Virus record (IMG/VR): IMGVR_UViG_3300033074_000984
Direction: 5' to 3' (one strand)
DNA length: 64,000 bases
Source: a virus
Taxonomy: Duplodnaviria; Caudoviricetes
Made by a program: the position numbers and the translations under genes. Below the pieces are notes generated by a model that did no database searches, was not told where the DNA came from, and was given only the letters and a program-made list of their open reading frames with translations. Shown here one piece after another: positions 37,784 to 46,923 of the stretch; positions within the stretch are counted from its first letter, which is position 1, and each line of letters begins with the position of its first letter.

Positions 37784-38565
37784 CGGCCGCTCCCATGGAG
37801 GCGAACATGGACCCCATTCAAGCGATCATCGAAGCGATCAACGAGAGCGTTCCAGACTTTGTCGATCGCTTCGTGATCTATGTCGCCCTAGCTGGCAAGC
37901 TGGGCGACGAGAACGAGCTGCTCGCCGCAGCTGCTAGCGACAACGCCGAGCTCGCCGCTGCAATCGTCGAGGCTCAGCGCATTCGTGCAGCGGGCAGCGT
38001 CGTGGTCGCTCTCGGAGCAGAGAGCCTCGTTGTCGAACAGCCGGAGTAAAGCCGTGACCCCCTTCGCAGAGCTCTGTCAGAGCGTCGAGCGTCTCGTGAA
38101 CGACTTCACCGCCACCTTGAAAGAGGTCGAGCCTCAAGATCTCGGTCTCGACGAGCGTTGCGGCAAGCTCTACGTCTCGGACGAGACGATTGCTACGCGA
38201 AAGATTCGCGACAAGTCGCTGCGATACTACGGCGGCTTCGAGTACGTTGACGACTCTTATCGGATCGAGGTCAGTGACTGGGTCTTCTACCTCGCCATCT
38301 GCCCACGCGTCGGCGACCACCTCGAGCGCCTCCAAGTCAAGGAGGCTGCGTGACAGAGGACCGCTGCTGTCGCACGTGCCTGTGGATCGAGCATCCACCC
38401 AAGGGACATAAAGAGCACAGGTTCTACAACTGCACGTACCCAATAGAGAGCATAAGCGTTCCAGACTCGCTTAAAGCGAGTCTCAGGGTGCCCTACGCTC
38501 GAGACTGGGTGCGCCTTTCAGACGGTGCAACTTGTAAGACGTGGGCACCGATGGTGCTAAGTTAT

Positions 38566-38609
38566 TGAGTCCGCGTAACTATCTTTTTTAGTCGCGGACT
38601 CATTTTTTT
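38566..38609 (+). terminator. Probable intrinsic terminator abutting an early promoter
   Basis: TGAGTCCGCG...CGCGGACTCA followed by T7. Confidence 0.55.
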
Positions 38610-38610
38610 A

Positions 38611-38670
38611 TTGACAGAAGAGTCAAAAAGGCGTACCATCTACCCACGATGAACGAGGGAAACTGACATG
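38611..38670 (+). promoter_or_regulatory. Early promoter cassette copy 3 (TTGACA-17-TACCAT)
   Basis: Shares GTACCATCTACCCA.GATGAACGA with copy 2. Confidence 0.8.
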
Positions 38671-38829
38671 CTGTACCACATCAAGACCCGTTCTCTTCGA
38701 CGCCTTGCTCTTGTGACCGTCGGTCCGTTCTTGGTCGTTGGACAGGTCGCCATCGACCTCAGCGTCGCTCTGGCGCAGTCAGTTAAAGACGTCGCACATG
38801 ACGTCGCTAACATCTGGACCATGGAGTAG
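38668..38829 (+). CDS. Small membrane protein (53 aa)
   Basis: MLYHIKTRSLRRLALVTVGPFLVVG...IW. Confidence 0.6.
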   Translation: MLYHIKTRSLRRLALVTVGPFLVVGQVAIDLSVALAQSVKDVAHDVANIWTME

Positions 38830-39173
38830 CTTCGTGACCTCCCAGACACACGACATCCACCAGCACGACTACGTGCTCTTTGACTCCTCCAAGATCGACG
38901 TTGAAAAGACGAGCCTTCGCGGTCCGTGCGGCGTCCTTCTTGTCACCGACGACGCTGTCTGGATCTACGGCGACTACTGTGACCTCGTGTTCGAGTTCGT
39001 TGAGCCCGTAACGCGCAACGGCGAGCCGGCTCTTGACGTCGAGGGCAACTGCATCATCGCCGTTCCACGCAAGTACGTGAAGGCGTGGCTCACCGAAGAC
39101 GAAGCGGTCACTGTGTGGCGCTGCATGGACGAGTCTGACCGACTTCTCTCTTACGCCCACTAAGGAGGCGAAC

Positions 39174-39335
39174 ATGAAGACCAAGATCAGCCCGCTGCGT
39201 CGCACCGTCATCGCCGTCGCTTACGTCGCCGCCACCCCCGTCGTACTGACGATGGTGTTGACCGCGATCTTGCTCGGATTGAAAAACGAAGCTGTCGAGT
39301 GCTGGAAGCTCTCTCAGCGCAACCGCCGAGCCTAA
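39174..39335 (+). CDS. Small membrane protein (53 aa)
   Basis: SD AAGGAGG; MKTKISPLRRTVIAVAYVAATPVVL...CWK. Confidence 0.65.
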   Translation: MKTKISPLRRTVIAVAYVAATPVVLTMVLTAILLGLKNEAVECWKLSQRNRRA

Positions 39336-39348
39336 CGAGGATCGAGTC

Positions 39349-39513
39349 ATGAAGCTTCGCATCTGCAATATCAAGAGCCGAGGCTTGCGCCGGCTCGCTG
39401 TTGTGGCTTACGCAGTGTTTCTCCTGCCACTCGTTCTGTTACTCGCAGCTCTTCTCGCTATGCAAGAACAGATCGAGTGGTTCTATGACGCCTCCAAGAG
39501 CTACTGGAAGTGA
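39349..39513 (+). CDS. Small membrane protein (54 aa)
   Basis: SD GAGGA; MKLRICNIKSRGLRRLAVVAYAVFLLPLVLL...YWK. Confidence 0.65.
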   Translation: MKLRICNIKSRGLRRLAVVAYAVFLLPLVLLLAALLAMQEQIEWFYDASKSYWK

Positions 39514-39517
39514 CGCC

Positions 39518-40054
39518 ATGAGAGAAGAGTTCAAAACGTTCGCCGACCTGCCTCTCATCGAGAGAGCTCTCGAGGTGGCTAAGATCGCCCATGGCGATCA
39601 AAAGCGAAAGTACACCGACGAGCCCTACGTCACGCACTGCGTTCGTGTCGCGTTCACTGTGTTCGCGGTCGGCGCTCGTGACGAGCTGATCTCTGCGGCG
39701 CTGCTCCACGACGTCGTGGAGGACACGGACGTCACGCTTGAAGAGCTCGAGGAGCTGTTCGGCGCTGAGGTCGCCTCGCTGGTCGAGCAAGTGACTGACG
39801 TATCTCGTCCAGAAGACGGCAATCGCGCGGTTCGAAAGAAGCTCGACCGCGAACACCTGGCGCTGGCGAGCGCTGAGGGGGCGACGTTGAAGCTGGCTGA
39901 CCTGCTCGACAATCACAGCGACATCAGCAGGCGCGACCCAGACTTCGCTCGCGTCTATCGCTCAGAGGCTCGTCTCACCCTCAAGCTGCTACAGCACGGT
40001 GACAAGCGGCTGCTGTTCCATCTGTCATCGGTGCTGATGGGAGGCGAGAAGTGA
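39518..40054 (+). CDS. HD-domain (p)ppGpp hydrolase (Mesh1/SAH-like)
   Basis: AHGDQKRK..EPYVTH, AALLHDVVEDT, FG.EVA.LV..VTD, KLAD..DN. Confidence 0.85.
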   Translation: MREEFKTFADLPLIERALEVAKIAHGDQKRKYTDEPYVTHCVRVAFTVFAVGARDELISAALLHDVVEDTDVTLEELEELFGAEVASLVEQVTDVSRPEDGNRAVRKKLDREHLALASAEGATLKLADLLDNHSDISRRDPDFARVYRSEARLTLKLLQHGDKRLLFHLSSVLMGGEK

Positions 40055-41136
40055 TCGCTCGTAGGGCGCGGCGGGCTCCGCAGAAGCGAGGGTCCGCCCG
40101 CTCTCGAGCAGAGAGCGTAGCGCTGAACGCGAAGTTCTACGGCAAGGAGCCGTCTGTAGAGGCGACGATGTCCGAGTCACACATCGGCGCCGCACTGAAC
40201 TGGTACTCTATGACGTGCGACGTCGAGCACGCTCGCGCGTTCCTCGACTCCGCTTTGGATAAAGCTCGAGCAGAGCGGATGCGCGCTGTCCCTGACGACT
40301 GGGTGCCTCGAACGGCTGCCTGGCTCCTTCGGTTACGCGACAGAGGCGTCTTGCTTCCGTCTCGAATGCTCGATCGGGCTGCCGGCTGGGTCGAGGAGGC
40401 CCTCTCAAAAGAGAGGCGGGCGGCAGTCGCGCGTCGGCCTCTCCAAGCAGGAAAGCCGTCAAGCGCAGCCAGAGAGGCTGCGGCCATGATCGAAGGCCGG
40501 CTTGACGACTGTGAGGAGACCCGAGCCTCGGAGCTTATCGGGACTTCACGCGCGACTGCTCAGTACCTCCTTGAGAAGTACTCTCCTCAGCTCGACGAGC
40601 TCGAAAGAGCGCTGACGAGCTCTGACGAGGAGGACGTGTTCCAGTTTCGGGGCTACTCTGCAGATGACATCGTGGGTCACCTCGAGAAGCTACGCTCTGT
40701 CGTGGAGGCGGCGAAGACCGCTCTCGCTGCGCCGAGGGAGCGTCCACCGGAGAGCATCGAGCGACGCGCGAAGCGCCTTCGGTGGTCGAGGAGGGACGAG
40801 GAGTCTGGCGTTGACGGAGCCAGCTCTATGGCTCTGCTCGGATCAGTCGAAGCGTGGGTGTACGACCCACGACGCAACGTCGTGTCAGTGTTTCGTGCTG
40901 CAAAGCCGAGCGGCCTTGACTCTCGCGGAACGAGCATCTTTGAGTTCGACGTCGAGACCAGCAAGGCCTACTCTTTAGGCAGAAAGAAGACGCGAGCCGA
41001 CACGGTCCGCGCAATATCAACGGCCCCGAAAGGGACGCTTAAGAAGATCGCTGCCGGCTTGAAGGAGACCAGACTGTCTCCAAGAACCAACAGCGAGTCT
41101 GTGTTCATTCGTGTTATCAAGAGAACAAGGAGCTGA
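40051..41136 (+). CDS. Conserved hypothetical protein
   Basis: 361-aa ORF; EP..ALNWY N-terminus resembles ORFs of T4-like phages. Confidence 0.65.
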   Translation: MIARRARRAPQKRGSARSRAESVALNAKFYGKEPSVEATMSESHIGAALNWYSMTCDVEHARAFLDSALDKARAERMRAVPDDWVPRTAAWLLRLRDRGVLLPSRMLDRAAGWVEEALSKERRAAVARRPLQAGKPSSAAREAAAMIEGRLDDCEETRASELIGTSRATAQYLLEKYSPQLDELERALTSSDEEDVFQFRGYSADDIVGHLEKLRSVVEAAKTALAAPRERPPESIERRAKRLRWSRRDEESGVDGASSMALLGSVEAWVYDPRRNVVSVFRAAKPSGLDSRGTSIFEFDVETSKAYSLGRKKTRADTVRAISTAPKGTLKKIAAGLKETRLSPRTNSESVFIRVIKRTRS

Positions 41137-41138
41137 GA

Positions 41139-41888
41139 ATGCTACTCCAGAAGGGACGATTCTACCTCACCCGTGACGGACATCGAGCCGAGGTGCTCAA
41201 GACCGGCATCGGGAGTCGAGAGTACTACAAGGTCGTCGGGCTCGTTGACGACGGCGATGGAGAGTTCTTTACGTGCGAGTGGGGAGATGACGGACGGTAC
41301 TACGTCTCACAGAGCGACCGAGACCTGATCACCCAGGTCCGCTCTCGAGACCTCAAGTGCAAGATCGTCATCGACTCCTCGTTCGCCGGCACCAGGCTCT
41401 TCACGCGGCCGGCGAACGAGGACTTCTGGGATACCGGCTACAAGGTCATCGACGTCTACGTCGAAAAGAACACGGAAATTAACGAGCCGTTCGTCGTTAG
41501 AGGCAACGCCACGAAGATCGAGGTCAATGAGACCTATGCGGTCACGGTGAACCTGCTTGGCTACAAGCAGGCCAAGATACTTTACGAGGGAATGGAGGAG
41601 CCGTACACCTACCTCGGCGTGATGACTGTAACCATGGAGCCGCTAACGTGTCGGTGGGACCGGCACGGCAAGGCAGAGACCGCTGGCGGCCCGGCTCTTG
41701 TGCTGCCATACACCTCGCCGGAGCAGACGCTGTGGTTCCTGTTTTATGAGAGCGGCGAGGTCGTCTTCCGTGACAACAGGGAGGAGGCGGAGGAGGTCGC
41801 TCTTAACGTACTGCGGTCCAGCGGCGAGGTGGTCGAGATCCTTGAGGTTCACCTCGAGGCTGGCTGGGACAAGAGGGTTGCACGATGA
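41139..41888 (+). CDS. Y.TRDG-repeat protein A
   Basis: Two copies of a Y.TRDG...V.G...WxxDG module. Confidence 0.7.
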   Translation: MLLQKGRFYLTRDGHRAEVLKTGIGSREYYKVVGLVDDGDGEFFTCEWGDDGRYYVSQSDRDLITQVRSRDLKCKIVIDSSFAGTRLFTRPANEDFWDTGYKVIDVYVEKNTEINEPFVVRGNATKIEVNETYAVTVNLLGYKQAKILYEGMEEPYTYLGVMTVTMEPLTCRWDRHGKAETAGGPALVLPYTSPEQTLWFLFYESGEVVFRDNREEAEEVALNVLRSSGEVVEILEVHLEAGWDKRVAR

Positions 41889-42637
41889 AGCTCGAGTCAG
41901 GAAAAAAGTACCTCTTGAAGAACGAGAGGGTCTGCACGGTTGACGTCGTCGGTAGCGGCGTTGCCAGCGGCGTCGTCTACGTTCCAGAAAAGAACGATGC
42001 TCAGTTCGACCTTATGCGTTGGACTGAAGACGGAAGGGCGTACTCAGCCGACCCCGGCTTCGACGTCGATCGAGAGCGCTCCAACGAGGAGCAAGAGCTG
42101 CACGTCGCGATCGACGTGGGCTACACCTCACTCGGCGTCACGTACTCGGCTCGACTCGAAGGCGCGCCGGTGTTGCCGATGGCTACGCGCGTGGCGTACT
42201 TCACTCTCAAGAGGGGACTTGGCACCGACGCCACCATCTACGTCCCCTCCGAGCACGAGCCGATGAGAGAGACCCTCAAAGAGGGCAACTATCGCACTCG
42301 CGACGGCCGGCTGGTAACGGTGTGGCGCACAGACGTCAACGGCCGGCTTCCGGTTCTCGGGGTCGTCTACGGCGCTGAGGGTGTCGAAGCGAGGCTGTGG
42401 CGCGACGACGGCAGGCTTCTACAGATGAACGAGTCGCCTGACGACATCATGCTTGGCGTAGAGCCGGCTCGCTCGATCTACTTCAACCTCTACGAGATTG
42501 ACGGAAAGCTCTCGTTCACTGCTCATAACGAGCGCGTCAACGCGAGCCGCAATCAAAGAGACGGCTATGTCAACACCATTCGAGTCGTTCTTGACTCTGG
42601 CTGGTCAGCAGCGGCTAAAGCAGATGTCGCCGGGTGA
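41885..42637 (+). CDS. Y.TRDG-repeat protein B
   Basis: Paralog of protein A; both end in (A/S)GW. Confidence 0.7.
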   Translation: MKLESGKKYLLKNERVCTVDVVGSGVASGVVYVPEKNDAQFDLMRWTEDGRAYSADPGFDVDRERSNEEQELHVAIDVGYTSLGVTYSARLEGAPVLPMATRVAYFTLKRGLGTDATIYVPSEHEPMRETLKEGNYRTRDGRLVTVWRTDVNGRLPVLGVVYGAEGVEARLWRDDGRLLQMNESPDDIMLGVEPARSIYFNLYEIDGKLSFTAHNERVNASRNQRDGYVNTIRVVLDSGWSAAAKADVAG

Positions 42638-42845
42638 CTCGTTCAAGTTGAAGAGGGGCGACGACGTAACGGTCATCACCGCCTCGCTCAAGAGTCGCTA
42701 TCCCGTGGCTGGAGTCGCTAGACGGCTCCTTCCATGCGGAGCTGTTGACGAGTGGGTGGGTCAGTGGATGCTCAACGGCACCTATCGAACCTACTCAGGC
42801 AGCGTTGCTGGCCTGGACATGATCTTGGAGAAGGAGCAGGCGTGA
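42624..42845 (+). CDS. Single-module paralog C
   Basis: VTV....YPVAGV...WMLNG. Confidence 0.5.
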   Translation: MSPGDSFKLKRGDDVTVITASLKSRYPVAGVARRLLPCGAVDEWVGQWMLNGTYRTYSGSVAGLDMILEKEQA

Positions 42846-43558
42846 AACTAGCACTCATATCAGACACTCACGGTCACCACTGGGGTGGAAGCCGGTTCGA
42901 GCAGGAGCTGATCAACGGCGTCGTCCGCGCTTGCGAGCGAGAGCGCCCAGACGTTCTCATTGACGCCGGCGACTACGAGACGAAGAAGATACACGACGCG
43001 GTCGAGGCTCTCAAGATCCCAGTCATCTCGATCACCGGAAACCACGACTATTACGGGTCAGCGTGGGTTGACAGGGACGAGAGCCTTGAGACGTGCGACG
43101 TGACGATTGGCGGCAAGCGGATCGTCGGCGCCACGCTATGGAGCAACTTCCGTAACGCTGACCCGCTGCTTCTACTTCAAGCAGAGAGCATGCTCAACGA
43201 CTTTCGGTACATCGTTGGCTTCACTCCGTACACAGCGCTTGACTTGCACTACAAGCACCTCGCGTTCTTGCGAAGTCGAGCCGGCGAGGCAGACGTCGTA
43301 GTCACCCACAACGGCCCGACCATGCGCTCTGTTCACGAGCGCTACGGCGACGTGCCAATGAACTACCTCTTCTCCTCACCTCTCGACAACCTCGTTGTTG
43401 AGATGGGAGCGAAGCTGTGGCTTCACGGGCACACCCATGACGATCACGACTACATGGCCGGAGACACTCGCGTGCTGTGTCACCCGTGCGGCTATCCCTA
43501 CGAGCGTCGTCAAAGGGGATTCGTCGGCTACGAGCCGTTGTTCTTGGAGATCGACTAA
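42842..43558 (+). CDS. Calcineurin-like metallophosphoesterase
   Basis: SDTH, AGD, GNHD, GATLW, VTH, HGHTH. Confidence 0.9.
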   Translation: MKLALISDTHGHHWGGSRFEQELINGVVRACERERPDVLIDAGDYETKKIHDAVEALKIPVISITGNHDYYGSAWVDRDESLETCDVTIGGKRIVGATLWSNFRNADPLLLLQAESMLNDFRYIVGFTPYTALDLHYKHLAFLRSRAGEADVVVTHNGPTMRSVHERYGDVPMNYLFSSPLDNLVVEMGAKLWLHGHTHDDHDYMAGDTRVLCHPCGYPYERRQRGFVGYEPLFLEID

Positions 43559-43573
43559 TAAGGCCAATTTCGG

Positions 43574-43602
43574 TTGACTCTCAAACTCGTTTTTGATATA
43601 AG
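43574..43602 (+). promoter_or_regulatory. tmRNA promoter
   Basis: TTGACT-17-TATAAG. Confidence 0.65.
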
Positions 43603-43608
43603 TAGGCG

Positions 43609-44010
43609 TGACGATCGGTGAGGCCGATACGCAATCTCAGAGGACCCGGGGGCAGTACCCGGCGCCTCCACCAAAGCCGTCGATAGAGGAGTAGTCGTCC
43701 TGCCAGGGACGTTACGCCTCGACAAGAGACACCGCGAGTCCGCTGGCACGGACGAACTGCACGTCCTCTCGCATAGAGAGAAGGAGCCGATCGATCGCGG
43801 GTCGGTCCCGGTTAAGCCCGGGTTGGTGTAAAGTGTCTTCGACGACTTTGGCGGGGGCGATGTAGGATCGACTCGAGATGAGGTAGAGGAAGAGGTCGTC
43901 GGGTGACTCCCTGATAGTCCGTAAACTAAGCGCCAACGACAACGACGCACCCGTGATGGCCCTTGCGGCCTGACGCAGCTCGGGGGAGCTGGGCAACAGA
44001 ATCCCCCACC
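43609..44010 (+). ncRNA. ssrA: Circularly permuted (two-piece) tmRNA, tag ANDNDAPVMALAA; ends approximate
   Basis: Acceptor piece ends CCGGG-GGCAGTA-CCCGG-CGCCTCC-ACCA (43673); coding piece starts GGGGGCGATGTAGGATCGAC (43853) giving G3:U70; tag at 43932-43973. Confidence 0.95.
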
Positions 44011-44785
44011 TATTTCTCTAGTGGAGCACATCATGGCTACCGACTTCGTCGTTTGCGGCCGCATCGTAGGCCACTTCTACGCTTGGGACCAGATCGACGC
44101 AGACGTGATCGTCATCATCGGTCTCCAGCCGGTGCAAGAGCTCGGGCTCCCGCCAGGAGACACGTTCTTCGACTTCTATCACGGCACGATCACACAGCGC
44201 GTGATCGGCTCAAGGGATAACAGGGTCCTCGACCTAGTCGACGCTCTTTCTAAGCTGCCACGCGCCTTTCCGACGGACGAGTCGCCGCGCGATCAGAGCT
44301 GACGCTCCTAATGCAGAACACTCCAACCTTTTATGAGATACAGGACGCGCTGTCTTGGGGTCGCGAGCATGCACAACAAGTTGCTCGCCTAATCGCCACT
44401 GCTAACGAAGCTTATCCTCCGACAGGCTTCGATTGCAGCCGTCCTGAGGCGTGGAAGAGTGAGCACTGGAACTGGCTCAGGCTGTGGGGCTACCTTTGAC
44501 AGAGCTCCGTAACAGGAAGATGCAAGATGACTATGAACAACCAAAGTGAGCTCTTATCAGCCGTCGAAGACGGTCGCGCTCTAGTGTGGGAGCCAGCTGA
44601 CTCTGTCGTGATCGACGAGTACGACGGCGCGGACTGGCTCGTCAAGACTAACGGTGACGAGTGGAGAGACGTCTCGTTACGCGTGATGAGATCTTGGCAG
44701 CTTAGACACGAGCTAAGACCAGAAGTCGTTCGCGGTAGACCCATCTGGGTCGCTCGAATCAAAACCCCAAAATAGGAACATCGTC

Positions 44786-44986
44786 ATGGGTAGCTCTACC
44801 TCAAAGAAGGGCCGCAAGTGCGGTCGCATGAAGATCTGGTGTCAGGCCTACAGGGCTCGCAACCAGCGCGGCAAGAACAAGGTGCGGCGGCTCGAGCGAC
44901 GCGTCGCTCGTCATCCCAACGACGCGCGGGCGAAGCTCGACCTCAAGCGCTACACCGCAGCCGTCTACGGTCGTACTGTCGCGTAG
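44786..44986 (+). CDS. Small basic protein
   Basis: YRA...KNK.RRL....HPND motif; SD AGGA. Confidence 0.6.
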   Translation: MGSSTSKKGRKCGRMKIWCQAYRARNQRGKNKVRRLERRVARHPNDARAKLDLKRYTAAVYGRTVA

Positions 44987-45084
44987 AATGATCACAAGGG
45001 CGTCTAGTGTTCATCTTATGATGCATTAGACGTCCTTGTTGCCTTGAGAGCACACTAAGCGCGTTAGCGTCACTTTGAGAGCAC

Positions 45085-45312
45085 ATGGCCGTAGCATCCG
45101 TAGATCCCCAGTCTGTCTTTGTGTCAGAGATCGAACGTCTAGTCACTGTAGACGGACTCGGTCTCGTTGAGGCCGTGCTGCACTGGTGCGAGACTCGCAG
45201 TCTAGAAGTAGACTACGCGGCCGGGCTCGTAAAGAAGAACAAGACGCTCAAGCGACTGCTTCGTGAAGAGGCGTTAAGACTTCACATGCTCAAACAAGAG
45301 GTCAAGTGTTGA
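45085..45312 (+). CDS. 33: Late transcription coactivator (gp33)
   Basis: F..EIE.LV......EAVL.WCE...L..EA..L.ML; near gp59 and gp32 as in T4. Confidence 0.8.
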   Translation: MAVASVDPQSVFVSEIERLVTVDGLGLVEAVLHWCETRSLEVDYAAGLVKKNKTLKRLLREEALRLHMLKQEVKC

Positions 45313-45355
45313 CAGCCGCGAGCATGAGTGATATCGTGTCATCCTGGAGGATTGT

Positions 45356-46006
45356 ATGAAAGAAGAGGTGCTTAACAGCGTTAGCGAGTGCGCGGAGACG
45401 CGTCTCGACATCGAAAACTTACAACTCGAGTTCCGCGACCTAGGCGAGGCGTTCAAAGGACTCACGGCTCATACGCGTCGAGCGTTCAAGAACGCCAGCA
45501 ACGTGATATACTACCAAGGTGGCTGGCCGTCAGCGGACACCCCTCCACGATATCAGACGCTCGCGCATGGTCTTGTAGAGACGCTCGCTGTTCTCCGGCT
45601 TGTTGGAGCCAGTCAGTTCGAGCGCTACTTGAACGATCTTGGCGTCACGTTCGAGCCGAAGTCGCCCGTCGGCGTTCGCGTTACGAAGTCTCTCGAAGAG
45701 TCGCTCGCAAACTCACGGGTGTCTTACACCGACGCTCCCGAAGACGCAGAGGAGGGCTGCCGATGGCTCATGGCCAGGGCGCAGGGCGTACAGAAGAGAG
45801 TGTGCGAGCTCTCTGACAAGGTGAAGGACGAGGCTGCGACTGTGGAGGAGGCGCACGGCGTCTCGCGTACAGCGTTCATGCGGGCTGTCGGAGCGAAGAA
45901 GCTCGAGCTCTCGAAGGGCAGGAGCGACATGGTCGTCAAGATCGACGAGGTGCTCGAGCAGATCGAGGCCACCGACGAGCTCCTCCGTAGCGTTCGAGAT
46001 CGATGA
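45356..46006 (+). CDS. Hypothetical protein, C-terminus weakly DsbA-like
   Basis: Promoter TTGACA-17-TATCGT; KVKDEA..EE.HGVS...F. Confidence 0.5.
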   Translation: MKEEVLNSVSECAETRLDIENLQLEFRDLGEAFKGLTAHTRRAFKNASNVIYYQGGWPSADTPPRYQTLAHGLVETLAVLRLVGASQFERYLNDLGVTFEPKSPVGVRVTKSLEESLANSRVSYTDAPEDAEEGCRWLMARAQGVQKRVCELSDKVKDEAATVEEAHGVSRTAFMRAVGAKKLELSKGRSDMVVKIDEVLEQIEATDELLRSVRDR

Positions 46007-46036
46007 GTCAGCGACTTACTAACTGGAGACTATGAG

Positions 46037-46444
46037 ATGAGTGAAACTGGTTTTGGCTTCGGTGCAGGCTCTGCAGTGAGCATGTTCCTTATCATCCTCT
46101 TGTGTGGCAGCTTGTACGGCTGCCCGCAGTACAACGTCTATACCAAGAGGCTTGACGGCGAGGCAGAGCTCGCCAAGGCTGAGTACGAGAGGCAGGTCCA
46201 GGTCAAGGACGCTCAGGGCAAGCTCGACGCTGCAAGCATGCTTGCACAGGTCGAGATTCGCCGCGCCGAGGGCGTGGCTCAGGCCAACAAGATCATCGGT
46301 GACAGCCTCAAGGACAACGAGGCGTATCTTCGGTGGCTCTGGATCAACGAGCTGACGCAGTCCGGCAAGCACGCGCCGTCAGTGATCTACGTGCCGACTG
46401 AGGCCGGTCTGCCGATCCTCGAGGCTGGAAAGCGCCCGCAATGA
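46037..46444 (+). CDS. SPFH/band-7-like membrane protein
   Basis: TM helix, GEAELA, AEGVAQANKIIGDSL, YVPTEAGLPILEA. Confidence 0.75.
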   Translation: MSETGFGFGAGSAVSMFLIILLCGSLYGCPQYNVYTKRLDGEAELAKAEYERQVQVKDAQGKLDAASMLAQVEIRRAEGVAQANKIIGDSLKDNEAYLRWLWINELTQSGKHAPSVIYVPTEAGLPILEAGKRPQ

Positions 46445-46923
46445 ACGCACGAGCAGGAACGACTCGCTTCTCAGTGTCGAGCGACCTCAATCACGAAGAC
46501 GACTCAGTCGATCAAGTGAAGCTTCGTGTAGAGGTCATCAATGCAGACAAGACAGTCACTCGTGACGAGACGTGGTACCTCAGTCCAGCTCAAGCTCGAG
46601 GCGTGCGTGACTCACTCGTGGACGTGTTCGAGGGCGACAGCTCTCGACGTCTCGCGATCATCACGGCCATGTATCGAACCGTTACTGAGTGCGCAATCGT
46701 CGCGCTTGATCCAACGCTTGGACCGGCGACGCTAAAAGACCTCGAGACTAATGACGAGGTAGACACACTGTCTTACATTTTCGGCATGTGCGCGCGTCTC
46801 ACCTCCGACATGTCTGAAGACAAGCTTAACAGGTGGCTCGGCTACGTTCAAGGAGTGGCCGTAGCGAGGGGCTGGCTGTCTTTGGAGGACTGTAAGTGCA
46901 TCAACAGAAAAACTCTTGGCTAG
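46441..46923 (+). CDS. Hypothetical protein
   Basis: DKLNRWLGYVQG motif common in phages. Confidence 0.6.
   Translation: MNARAGTTRFSVSSDLNHEDDSVDQVKLRVEVINADKTVTRDETWYLSPAQARGVRDSLVDVFEGDSSRRLAIITAMYRTVTECAIVALDPTLGPATLKDLETNDEVDTLSYIFGMCARLTSDMSEDKLNRWLGYVQGVAVARGWLSLEDCKCINRKTLG

Noticed and set aside
43674-43852. Cobalamin riboswitch, hammerhead or HDV/theta ribozyme identity for the intervening RNA
   Set aside because: No B12 box, no CTGANGA/GAAA core and no convincing HDV nested pseudoknot by eye
43712-44064. Antisense ORFs over the tmRNA
   Set aside because: Better explained by the RNA gene; no SD or recognisable protein motifs
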